This document shows positions 15,128-28,213 of a stretch of DNA of 32,000 nucleotides, piece after piece. The notes beneath the pieces were generated by a model. It was given only the letters and a program-made list of their open reading frames with translations. It was not told where the DNA came from and made no database searches. The DNA is taken from assembly GCA_963704755.1 (NCBI GenBank), contig OY969938.1:2040001-2072000 (forward strand), written 5' to 3'. The stretch is from an uncultured Chloroflexia bacterium. GTDB taxonomy: Bacteria; Chloroflexota; Anaerolineae; Anaerolineales; Anaerolineaceae. The stretch's first letter is position 1; the number at the start of each line of letters is the position of its first letter. The position numbers and the translations under genes are program-made.

Positions 15128-15279
15128 TAAACCTCTGTAGTAGCTAAGTAGTTACAAAATTTCTACCTCCTGACCCTGCTCGAGCAGCCACCAGGCAATT
15201 TTTCCAATCCGCGTATAGGGAGATCGGAAACCCAACTCTCGCTATGTTCAGCCATTTTCTGATCGGATCGAGGTGAAAA

Positions 15280-17221
15280 ATGAACCTGCTTCAAATGCGA
15301 ATGAACTCTTTTGACGAACTCGTCCTGGCCGCCCGTGGAGAAATCCCGGTCGACTTGCTTATCGAGGGGGGAAAGATACTCAACGTCCAGACCGGGGATA
15401 TCCTGGAGGGCAACATTGCCGTCCACAAGGGCTTTATCGTCTCCCTATTTTTAAAAAATATCCAAGCGCACAAACGCATCGACGCCAGGGGCAAAATTGC
15501 CCTGCCGGCCTTCATCGACCCGCACGTGCACGTCGAAAGCTCGATGGTTCTGCCGCCCGCTTACGCCCAGGTAGTGGCTGCCAACGGTACCGGTACGGTG
15601 CTGGCCGACCCGCACGAAATCGTCAACGTGATGGGGGTGGATGGCTTCTCGCTGATGGAGGAGAACACCGCCGATTTGCCCCTGCGGCTCTTCTTCGATA
15701 TCCCAACCTGTGTGCCCTCCAAACGAGCCGCCGAGTCGTCCGGGGCCGATATCCAGGCCGGGGAAGTGCGCGAGATGGCCCGGCGTGGCGGCCGCAAACT
15801 GGGCGAGTTGATGAGCTACGAGGAAATCATCGGCGGCGAACCGGTTATGACCGGCATCGTCAAAACCGGCTGGGAGTTGGGCCTGCCGCGTGACGCCCAT
15901 TTCCCCATGTTCTCTGTGCTGGGCGGCGCGTTCAATGCGCTCAACGTGCCTCAAAAGCTGGGTGTAGGCCTGGGGCTGCTCGGCTCACAACTGCTCAAAT
16001 GGCCGGCCCTAAATGCGCTGCCCTATTCGATCTTCAGCAAACAACTACGCAAACAGGAATACGCCGATTTGAATGCCTACCTGGTAGCCCTGGGCCTGAC
16101 CGCCGATCACGAGACCTACGGGCCGGAAATCCAGATCAAGCTGGATCACGGAATGCACCTGATGATCAGCTCGCACGTCTTCCTGACTTTTCCCCAGATG
16201 ATGCCAATCCTGTTACAAGGGGTACGCCGGCTGAAATACAAAGATGCAATCGGCTTATGCACCGACGATTTGTGGCCGGACGACCTGCTCGCCATGGGGG
16301 GCATCGTAGGCGTGCTGCGCCACCTGGTCAAGAACGGCATCGACCCGGTCGACGCGGTGCGCTTTGCCACGATCAATAACGCCCAGCGCCTGGCCCAGGC
16401 CGGCCTGGCCGAAGGGTCTTTGATTGGCGCACTCGTGCCGGGCATGGCCGCCGATATCGTCCTGGTAGAGGAACCGCTGCGGCAATTCAAGATCGCCACG
16501 GTCATCCACGAGGGCAAGGTAGTGGCCGAAAACGGCAGCCTCACCCAGGCTTTGCCTGCTCCCAAAATCCCCGCGGCCGCGCTGGATTCGGTGCGGCTCA
16601 CACCGGTTAGCGCCGATACCTTCCGCATTCCCGCGCCGGCCGGCGTGCGCAATGGGACGACCCGCGCGCGGGTGCTGGTGCTGCCCAAACCACCCGACCT
16701 GCCCTTCCCCAACCTGTCTGAGGTGGAAGTCCCGGTAGTAGATCGCTACCTCGACCCGGGCAGCTACATTCTCATCGCCGCCTTCAATCGCTACGGCAAA
16801 GCGGGCAAATCGCCCACGATTGGGCTGATCCAGGGCTATACATTAAAAGAAGGCGCAGCCGCCAGCACCCTTTGCCACGATTCTTCACAACCTGATCGTT
16901 TTGGGCACAAACCCGGCCGATATGGCCGTGGCGGCCAACACGGTTATTGCGATGAAGGGCGGCATGGCGGCCGTGCGCAATAACCAGGTGCTGGCCAAAA
17001 TACCCTTCCCGATCGGCGGCCTGATGACCGAAGACACAGTCGAGGCTATGGCCGTCCAGGCGCGCGCGTTCCGCCAGGCCATCGACACGCTGGGGTTAGA
17101 CCCCAAGAGCCCCATCTTGCCCTTTGCGATCTTCTCGCTGCCGGCCGGCCCTGGCGACAAGGTCACCGATCGCGGCATCTGGGATGGGAGTAAACACGAG
17201 CTGGTGGAGCTGCTGGTGTAA
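15280..17221 (+). pseudogene. ade: Adenine deaminase (amidohydrolase superfamily) interrupted by a +1 base near 16885
   Basis: The N-terminus (LPAFIDPHVHVESSMVLPPAYAQVVAANGTGTVLADPHEIVNVMG) fits adenine deaminase. ORF 16901-17221 continues the family C-terminus. Reading GAT TCT [T] CAC AAC CTG restores ..CHDSHNLIVLGTNPADMAVAAN... RBS GAGGTG upstream of 15280. Confidence 0.8.
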
Positions 17222-17227
17222 CCGAAC

Positions 17228-17275
17228 GGCTGTGGGGCTTGCAGTCCCATGTCCACAGGTTCGAATTTTGGCCCA
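17228..17275 (+). other. tRNA-like 3' fragment (anticodon-arm-like and T-loop-like segments), degenerate
   Basis: TGGGG-CTTGCAG-TCCCA forms a 5-bp stem with a 7-nt loop and TGC at the anticodon position. It is followed by GTCCACAGGTTCGAAT, but the 3' T-stem and acceptor are not complementary. Confidence 0.3.
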
Positions 17276-17311
17276 ACTTATCTGCCTTTTTAATCGCACC
17301 TGTGTGGCTAT

Positions 17312-17392
17312 GTAGGTTGGGTTCGGGCTCATCAACTAAATTAGCCAGGAACTGGCATTGGCCCACTTTGCCCTTGCCCGAACCCAACAATA
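17312..17392 (+). repeat. Family-A variant, copy 6
   Basis: GTAGGTTGGGTTCGGGCTCAT...GCCCGAACCCAACAAT. The arms form a perfect 13-bp inverted repeat GTTGGGTTCGGGC. Confidence 0.7.
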
Positions 17393-17679
17393 TTGCCTCA
17401 CCTTAAAAAGTCGTGGGGAACGCTTTGTCCCAGGCGATTTAAAAAGTTGATCAATCCGCTCTACCCAACCTCTACAGCTACCGTTTCTCCTGAACGGTCG
17501 CGTCACACAGCGTCGAAACAATAACTCTTTTTATCATTGCCCTGGCCGCTTTTGCCAGGGTGCGGCAATCTCAACAAGGACTCGTTAGAGACTCTCGCAA
17601 GAATCGCGAAGACTCTCATGCTCATATTCGATGATTTGATACCGATAGACTGGTTCTTCACACCACCACCGGGTGTTTA

Positions 17680-17688
17680 TGCTATAGT
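17680..17688 (+). promoter_or_regulatory. Extended -10 promoter of cassette 2
   Basis: TGCTATAGT within the same conserved block as 11569-11577. Confidence 0.55.
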
Positions 17689-17733
17689 ATTCTTACCAAA
17701 GAATGTTTATTTTCGCATTCAAGGAAAAATGGA

Positions 17734-18498
17734 ATGACATTATTCCGACTTAACCGTCATCCAGAAGAATTATTACATTTGCATGAAAATGAGCCGGAAC
17801 TTTATAAAGCGCTTCTCAGTAAAGATTGCCTCATTGAAATTTCAAGCAGCATACAACCCTATGATGTGGTTATCGGTGTTCCCCACCAGACTGCCATAGG
17901 TATTGGGTATATTGCAGAAAATAACCACAAACGTGTGTCCGATGAGGGAGCTGCTTTTTATGCATTAGTCATTTTTACGACATTAGCCAATCTCGGAATT
18001 CCCAATAAGATTGTTATCGCAGCCCACGATACACAATATGACCCTAACAAGGAACCTAATAGCTCCTATTGGAAAGCAATTTTTTTCGACAAGATGCGAT
18101 TATTGTTGGAATGTCATGGCTCCAAAGATAGAGAAATAGACCTTGAGGTTTCTTCTGGAACGAATTCATTAGGAAAACCCTCAGTTTTTGGGCATATCTT
18201 AGCCAAAGAACTAAATTATCAATACTCCTTGATTGCACAAGAAAATGCAAAATCTAATGAAGGGATGCAAATAGAAATAAGCGAAGACAAACCCACTAAA
18301 TTAAAGTATGCGGCACTTAGCACAAAATCGCTGACCGAAGCAGGAGACCGTTGTATACCAGCATTTCACATCGAGGCTACCCCAAAATTCCGTATTCCTG
18401 AGAATAAGAGTAACAACCTTACAACTGATGGGCTCATTCTTGGCCAGGCAATAGGTAATGCCCTGTCTAAGTATTTTACCGAAACAGACAAAGGATAA
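17734..18498 (+). CDS. Stand-alone paralogue of the N-terminal (FGase-like, tentative) domain of the 11623-13020 protein
   Basis: 254 aa, colinear with residues 1-250 of the 465-aa protein. Conserved blocks: HPEEL, VVIGVPHQ, SDEGAAFYALV, AHDTQ.DPNK, SSYWK, LLLECHG, HIEATPKFRIPE. Low GC. Confidence 0.8.
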   Translation: MTLFRLNRHPEELLHLHENEPELYKALLSKDCLIEISSSIQPYDVVIGVPHQTAIGIGYIAENNHKRVSDEGAAFYALVIFTTLANLGIPNKIVIAAHDTQYDPNKEPNSSYWKAIFFDKMRLLLECHGSKDREIDLEVSSGTNSLGKPSVFGHILAKELNYQYSLIAQENAKSNEGMQIEISEDKPTKLKYAALSTKSLTEAGDRCIPAFHIEATPKFRIPENKSNNLTTDGLILGQAIGNALSKYFTETDKG

Positions 18499-18690
18499 CT
18501 CACATACAAATGTCAGCTTCTAAGAACTACGATTGGATAAACATAGCAAACAGCAAAAATATAGCCTAATTTAATTAGGCAAAGAAATATCCCGAAAAAC
18601 AATAAATTGGCGTAGAAGAGCGGCCCCGGCCGAGGGTTGCGAGGGACCGGGCCGATCCGCCTTCGGCTATGGCCTTTTTTTACAGCAAAT

Positions 18691-18738
18691 TCTCTTCTCT
18701 CTTTCTTTTCTCCGTGAACTCCGTGCCTCCGTGGTTTT
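18691..18738 (+). repeat. Family-B element, second full copy
   Basis: TCTCTTCTCTCTTTCTTTTCTCCGTGAACTCCGTGCCTCCGTGGTTTT. The 31-nt core is identical to 14091-14121. Confidence 0.85.
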
Positions 18739-18843
18739 CTTACCTTCTGTGGTTTACTTACTTTCCTGTCCAAGCGTATAATGGTCTCAGAGGGTTTGGA
18801 TGGTTGGGTCTCTTTTTGCACAAAACCAATAAGAGGACAAATC

Positions 18844-19194
18844 ATGGCCGACACACAGTGGGTACCCACCCCTTACAGCTATTCGGCCGCCGTCAAGGCC
18901 GGCGAGTACGTTTTTCTGGGGCTGCACCACGGGTTTGGTAAAAGCTTTACCGGGCAGATCGATGGAGCCTTGGCCGAGATGAAAGAGACCCTGGCCGGCC
19001 TGGGGTTGAAAACCCTGGTCAAGCTGCAGGTATGGCTGAAGAATGTCGAAGACCTGCCCCAGATGGAAAAGATCGTCGCAGGTTATTTTGAGCCGGGACG
19101 CATGACCGCCACCACCCAATTCATCGACGCCGACTGCCTGGTAATGATCGAGGGAATCGCCTACACGGGTAGAGGTGGCTTCGATGAAGCTTAA
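18844..19194 (+). CDS. RidA/YjgF/L-PSP family protein (reactive intermediate deaminase-like)
   Basis: MADTQWVPTPYSYSAAVKAGEYVFLG...VKLQVWLKNVEDLPQMEKI...TTQFIDADCLVMIEGIA fits the YjgF fold pattern. RBS AAGAGGA upstream of ATG 18844. TATAAT at 18775-18780. Confidence 0.8.
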   Translation: MADTQWVPTPYSYSAAVKAGEYVFLGLHHGFGKSFTGQIDGALAEMKETLAGLGLKTLVKLQVWLKNVEDLPQMEKIVAGYFEPGRMTATTQFIDADCLVMIEGIAYTGRGGFDEA

Positions 19195-20203
19195 TTCCCG
19201 AATTCCTCTATTCAGCTTTTTGTTGATCTTAATATTTACTTCCGGCTGCCATAGGGTTCCATCCGAAGAAAGCTCGCCAACACCAGGCGACTTTTTAAAA
19301 ACTCCCATCTCGACCACATCTCCAACCGAAGCAATCATAGCGCACACGGCCTTGCCTCCGGCCAATGGAGCCACCGTCCATTCGCTCACTCCAAGCATTC
19401 AATTTACAGAAACATCGGAAGCCCCAGATGTCGATGAACTCGGCTTATTTTCGGACTGTCCAATGGTTGATTATAGAGAATATTCACCCAAAGGAGATTG
19501 GGTAGTAATTTATTGTGTAGGGGGGGTTGAAGGCATTTACCAAAAAGATGACCCCTCCCGACACTGGCAGCTTTCTTATCACGACGATTACGAAGCCAAA
19601 TTTAGTCATTACGAGGGATTTTCCGGTTGGCTAAATCCGAAGTACTGGTCAATTGACGGCGAATACGTTTATTTCGTCGCCAGGCCGGCCAATATCGATG
19701 GGGGGTGCCCAATCTATGACCCAGAACAAGCTATAATCCGGTTAAACCTGGAAAGTGGAGAAGTATCATATCCATTTGCGCCCGGATTTAATCAGTTTTA
19801 CTACTTTTCATTTTCGCCAAATGGTAAATATTTAATTATTTTTACTAACCATGCACAGGCGACCGCTTTGACACAGCTTGACCTGATCAGTGGAGCAGAA
19901 AGGCAAATTCCTTTACCGAACTCGATCTCGGCAGCCGGCAATTTTATATGGTCGCAGGATATGAACCAAGGTATTTTTTCGGCCCGCACTTCCACAGATT
20001 GCGCCAATTTAACATTCGCACTCGTCCTGATTGACCTGGATACGTTTGAAAGCCAGATACTGATCAATGGTTTAGATACGGTACAAATACCCACAGAATG
20101 GAAACCCGGCACAAACCAGATAACCGTAAAAGGTTATGACCCTTCCACATATACCGACATCAATTCATCGTTCGACATTTCAACGAAATCATTTAGTCCT
20201 TAA
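19184..20203 (+). CDS. Lipoprotein of unknown function. Beta-propeller-like repeats are possible
   Basis: Signal peptide plus lipobox MKLNSRIPLFSFLLILIFTSGC. FSFSPNGKYLIIF resembles PD40/TolB-type blades. Lower GC than its neighbours. The ATG overlaps the ridA 3' end by 11 nt. Confidence 0.75.
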   Translation: MKLNSRIPLFSFLLILIFTSGCHRVPSEESSPTPGDFLKTPISTTSPTEAIIAHTALPPANGATVHSLTPSIQFTETSEAPDVDELGLFSDCPMVDYREYSPKGDWVVIYCVGGVEGIYQKDDPSRHWQLSYHDDYEAKFSHYEGFSGWLNPKYWSIDGEYVYFVARPANIDGGCPIYDPEQAIIRLNLESGEVSYPFAPGFNQFYYFSFSPNGKYLIIFTNHAQATALTQLDLISGAERQIPLPNSISAAGNFIWSQDMNQGIFSARTSTDCANLTFALVLIDLDTFESQILINGLDTVQIPTEWKPGTNQITVKGYDPSTYTDINSSFDISTKSFSP

Positions 20204-20292
20204 CCCCGAGAATTTATTGGGGACGGTCAGAAATGGATCACACTTTCTGCGTCATCTGTTCGAACTATGAGACTGGAAAACTTCCACCGTGT

Positions 20293-20375
20293 ATGGTGGG
20301 TTACGGGCAAGGTTTTGTAGGTCTTGCCGTTTTGTTGTTCGCCAGCGTTGCTTATAAGCCCTGCGCCCACACTAC
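20293..20375 (-). repeat. Family-A element, copy 7, inverted
   Basis: ATGGTGGGTTACGGGCA...GCCCTGCGCCCACACTAC. The interior resembles copy 3 (CAACGCT.GCGAACAA). Confidence 0.75.
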
Positions 20376-20433
20376 ATTTCTCAACGACCGCTGTGCCTCA
20401 GCGGTTTAATCTATGGCCAACAAGGAATCAAAA

Positions 20434-20487
20434 AGAAGGTTATGGCAATCCGGCGCGTACGCGCCGGATTGCCATAACCTTCTTTCT
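20434..20487 (+). terminator. Perfect 24-bp palindromic hairpin (apex GTAC), possible terminator
   Basis: AGAAGGTTATGGCAATCCGGCGCG-TA-CGCGCCGGATTGCCATAACCTTCT followed by TTCT. The U-tract is weak. Confidence 0.4.
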
Positions 20488-20508
20488 AAAAAAAGCCCTG
20501 CCGGCAAG

Positions 20509-20538
20509 TTGACAGGCCGCCGGTACCCTTGCTATACT
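20509..20538 (+). promoter_or_regulatory. Sigma-70-type promoter upstream of the MFS leader
   Basis: TTGACA (20509-20514), 18-nt spacer, TATACT (20533-20538). Confidence 0.6.
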
Positions 20539-20567
20539 CCCTTTAAAGCAAAGCAAGGATGTCCACT

Positions 20568-20591
20568 ATGAAAACCCTTATTCTCTCATAA
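20568..20591 (+). CDS. Candidate 7-aa leader peptide MKTLILS (or 10 aa from ATG 20559)
   Basis: AAGGA (20555-20559) lies 8 nt upstream of ATG 20568. Stop TAA at 20589-20591. It sits between the promoter and a terminator-like hairpin. Confidence 0.3.
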   Translation: MKTLILS

Positions 20592-20626
20592 TCTGTAAAC
20601 CGGACAAAAAAACTGTCCAACTCAGC

Positions 20627-20663
20627 GCATTTGCCACGCTCGCAAATGCCTGTTTTGCGTTTT
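20627..20663 (+). terminator. Terminator/attenuator-like hairpin in the 5' leader of the MFS gene
   Basis: GCATTTGC-CACGCTC-GCAAATGC followed by CTGTTTTGCGTTTT. Confidence 0.45.
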
Positions 20664-20708
20664 CCCAACGCGACACAATCCATCAGATGATGAAGAGAAC
20701 GAGGAAAC

Positions 20709-21902
20709 GTGGATCATCCTGCGAGTAAACTATACATCCGCGTGGCCAGCGTCACGGGCTTTATATGGCCCTTGATCTCAGCCGCGTATATTCTTTATCA
20801 AATCCAAATCGGGAAATTAGAACCCTGGCAACTGGTGATCATCGGCTCCGCCTTGGAGATCAGTTGCTTCGTACTGGAAATCCCCACCGGCATCATCGCC
20901 GACCTGTACTCGCGGCGGCTTTCGGTGCAGATCGGTATGGCATTCCTGGCAGCCGGTTACTTGATGGAACTGGCCTGGCCGATGTTTAGTGCGTTTCTGG
21001 TGGCCCAGGTGGTCAAAGGCTTTGGTTACACCTGTATCTCCGGGGCTTTTGGCGCCTGGCTGGCCGACGAATCCCAGGCCGACCTGGAACCCATCTACCT
21101 GAAGGCCGCCCGGCAGCAACAAGTCTACGGGATAGCCGGCACACTGGTATGCATGGCCCTGGGGGTCATCAACCTGCGGCTGGTGATGGGCCTGGTAGCA
21201 CTGCTGCACGCAGGCCTGGCCGTTTATTTGCTGATCGCCATGAAAGAAAGCCATTTCGTACCGGCACGCAGCGCCACCAAAAGCGTATGGCAAGACATGG
21301 GGGCGACCTTCACCCACGGCATCCGGGCGGTTCAGGGCCAATCCGTGCTCACCATCTTGATCCTGGTCAACCTGTTCTTCGGCCTTTCCAGCGAGGGTTA
21401 CGATCGTCTGAGCCCGTCTTTCCTCACCCAGGTCGTGAAGCTGCCCGGCCCGGCTCCGGTGGTCTGGCTGGGGGCAATCGACTTGCTGGCCATGGGCATT
21501 TCGGCGGTGGCGCTGCACAGCATAGAAAAGAAAGGCAGCGGCAAAAAAGCCCTGTCGCTTATCTCGATTGGGCAGTGTTTATCCCTGCTGGTCTTCGCCG
21601 TCACGCGTAATTTCCTGTTGGCGGTGATGTTCAAGCTGTTCTTCGACGTGCTGCGCTCACTGATCGAGCCGATCTGTAATAGCTGGATGAACCAGGCCGC
21701 GCCTGGAGCCGAAAGGGCAACGGTGCTTTCATTTCACAGCCAGGTCAACTCCCTGGGGCAGATCTTTGGGGGCTTGATGATCGCCGCTGTGGCGGCGAAA
21801 TCGCTGCCGGTTGCCATCCTGGTCAGTGCGGTCATTTTGGCCCCGGTGCCTTTCTTGCTCCTGGGGCTGAGCCGAAAAAGGCCAGTTCAACAAGCGGCAT
21901 AA
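20709..21902 (+). CDS. Major facilitator superfamily transporter
   Basis: About 12 hydrophobic segments. The loop 2-3 motif ADLYSRR (MFS D-R/K-x-G-R-R-like). GTG start preceded by GAGGAAAC. Confidence 0.85.
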   Translation: MDHPASKLYIRVASVTGFIWPLISAAYILYQIQIGKLEPWQLVIIGSALEISCFVLEIPTGIIADLYSRRLSVQIGMAFLAAGYLMELAWPMFSAFLVAQVVKGFGYTCISGAFGAWLADESQADLEPIYLKAARQQQVYGIAGTLVCMALGVINLRLVMGLVALLHAGLAVYLLIAMKESHFVPARSATKSVWQDMGATFTHGIRAVQGQSVLTILILVNLFFGLSSEGYDRLSPSFLTQVVKLPGPAPVVWLGAIDLLAMGISAVALHSIEKKGSGKKALSLISIGQCLSLLVFAVTRNFLLAVMFKLFFDVLRSLIEPICNSWMNQAAPGAERATVLSFHSQVNSLGQIFGGLMIAAVAAKSLPVAILVSAVILAPVPFLLLGLSRKRPVQQAA

Positions 21903-21953
21903 AATCTATAAAGGTATCCGGTGCGTAGGTGCCGGATACCTTATCCTTAATAA

Positions 21954-21971
21954 GCCCTACACCCATCCTAC
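21954..21971 (-). repeat. Solo family-A arm
   Basis: GCCCTACACCCATCCTAC is the reverse complement of GTAGGATGGGTGTAGGGC. No partner arm was found. Confidence 0.4.
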
Positions 21972-22072
21972 ATTTAATTATTCTTCCTCATTGCCTTGTT
22001 GCCTCGTTGCCTTATCCCCCAATCTCTATGCTCTACTCACTCTTCACTTTCCCCCGGTTAAATAGAAAAAGC

Positions 22073-22192
22073 CTCTTGGCAATGACCTACTCTCCCAGGG
22101 GGTCGCCCCCCAAGTACCATCGGCGCTGACGGCCTTAACTTCCGGGTTCGAGATGTAACCGGGTGTACCACCGTCGCTCAGATCACCAAGAG
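22073..22192 (-). rRNA. rrf: 5S ribosomal RNA
   Basis: The minus strand reads ..CTTGGTGATCTGAGCGACGGTGGTACACCCGGTTACATCTCGAACCCGGAAGTTAAGGCCGTCAGCGCCGATGGTACTTGGGGGGCGACCCCCTGGGAGAGTAGGTCATTGCCAAGAGG. Helix I termini are complementary. Confidence 0.9.
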
Positions 22193-22273
22193 ACTTTATT
22201 CACAAAGTCTAAGTTGAATATTGTATGTAGGTTATTAGTCGAAACAAAGAGTGCTGAGTTCTCCGCATCACGT

Positions 22274-25236
<2,963 letters not shown>

Positions 25237-25547
25237 GCACGTGATGCGGAGAATTCAGAACTCTTTAGTTCCGAAAAATGATTTGACTACTCTAAATTTA
25301 GCCTACATACAATATTCGATTATTAATGTGCAACTTTCTTCTTACGCTGGTTGACCAGCGCGGAGCGACCCTCACTAACGTCAGGGGCACTCAGCGCCCT
25401 TCAACTTTCTGCACTCATTTGTTAATAAACACGGCAACCCGGCTCACCGCCGGGCAATTTATTCCCTCGCGGATCTGCTTATTCTTTCTTATTTGATCTG
25501 CCGTTTGTTTCTTTCCACACACACTCCGTTATTATTTTCATAGCTAG

Positions 25548-25620
25548 TGGAGATGAGGGGATTCGAACCCCTGACCTCCGCCGTGCAAAGGCGGCGCTCT
25601 CCCAACTAAGCTACATCCCC
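25548..25620 (-). tRNA. tRNA-Ala (anticodon UGC). CCA is not encoded
   Basis: GGGGATGTAGCTTAGTTGGGAGAGCGCCGCCTTTGCACGGCGGAGGTCAGGGGTTCGAATCCCCTCATCTCCA, with a G3:U70-type acceptor and a cloverleaf visible by eye. Confidence 0.95.
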
Positions 25621-25670
25621 ATCGTACAGGGCAGCACCCATTCGGGCACGATGTACCCCTTGGGTACAGG

Positions 25671-25744
25671 TGGGCCTTTCAGGGCTCGAACCTGAGACCT
25701 CGCCCTTATCAGAGGCGCGCTCTAACCAACTGAGCTAAAGGCCC
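25671..25744 (-). tRNA. tRNA-Ile (anticodon GAU)
   Basis: GGGCCTTTAGCTCAGTTGGTTAGAGCGCGCCTCTGATAAGGGCGAGGTCTCAGGTTCGAGCCCTGAAAGGCCCA. Confidence 0.95.
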
Positions 25745-25885
25745 TTTCATTTGTTAATGAAGCGCCTTAGCAACTGAAGAGTGACAGGAAGATTGATTTT
25801 CGTGCTCCGCCCTCGTCACCGCGACGAGGCATTACGTATCAAGGAGTGGAGTTCGCGCCCTCAGGCGGTCACTCGAGGCTCCATA

Positions 25886-27384
<1,499 letters not shown>

Positions 27385-27497
27385 GCAAAAAATTTCACCT
27401 TTTCAGGTGTTTATTACGGGTTTATTTGACGGAGCTTACTCGTCTTTCTTCCTATCACTCTTCAGTTGTTAAGGTACCGCTTACTTCCGAGGGCCAG

Positions 27498-27526
27498 ATT
27501 TTAACCGTCTCATCTTACTCTGTCAA
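27498..27526 (-). promoter_or_regulatory. rRNA promoter, proximal
   Basis: Minus strand: CCCTTGACA, 17 nt, TAAAAT. Confidence 0.7.
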
Positions 27527-27690
27527 GGGCAGGCGATAAAATTGCCGATGTTTTCCTCGTCTTCATCGTGGTCAACACCGGCACATCATCTCGACGTCCT
27601 CGCCAGGCCTGGTCCTCAAGACCCAACCCGCTTTTCTGTTTTTATCGATCCGCTCTCAAGAGCAAGATCATTTCTCAGTTCGGGAGTTCT

Positions 27691-27719
27691 ATTTTACTCG
27701 CCTCCCGCGGGGTTGTCAA
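27691..27719 (-). promoter_or_regulatory. rRNA promoter, middle
   Basis: Minus strand: CCCTTGACA, 17 nt, TAAAAT. Confidence 0.7.
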
Positions 27720-27887
27720 GGGTTTGAGCGCATTTTGTTTTTCCGAATTTTTTTCGTTCTTTTCTTACTTTCGGAAAGCCTTTCTGCGCATTCCAATTCC
27801 CTTGTAGAAGCAGCGCTATTTATTTTTTATTGATCTGCCGGTCTTTGGGGCGAGATCTTTGTTGCTTCTGTTTGAGCAACGGGCGTG

Positions 27888-27915
27888 ATTATACTCTTAT
27901 CCCTAAGCTTGTCAA
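27888..27915 (-). promoter_or_regulatory. rRNA promoter, distal
   Basis: Minus strand: CCCTTGACA, 16 nt, TATAAT, with an A/T-rich stretch upstream. Confidence 0.7.
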
Positions 27916-28213
27916 GGGAATTCAAGGAAATTCGCAAAACTGGTTTCCAGCTCTTTTTTTATCCTGTCCAATGCCATCCGGCATACTCCATGCACCCCTA
28001 CCTTCTGAGCCCGTAAACGGAACTTCTTAGCCTCGTATTCCGTCTCATCTTTACCGCTCCGGGCTGTTATGGGCCGCAGCGCGGCTGCCCAAAGCAGCGC
28101 ACAAAGGTGCACCTCATGGGTTATCGTTCTTTTCCCCCCTTGCGATATCCACTTCCCTTCCTTATAAATGGGATTCGTTAAATAGGACTTTTAAAGTGGC
28201 ATTAATCACCCAA

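Noticed and set aside
15140-15279. Purine riboswitch upstream of adenine deaminase (contains TTTCTACC, like the J2/3 segment)
   Set aside because: Only that octamer matches. I could not find the P2/P3 hairpins with the conserved loop-loop sequences or a P1 stem.
17537-17737. 66-aa ORF directly upstream of cassette 2
   Set aside because: It overlaps the conserved promoter/leader block shared with cassette 1, where no equivalent ORF exists. It has no RBS.
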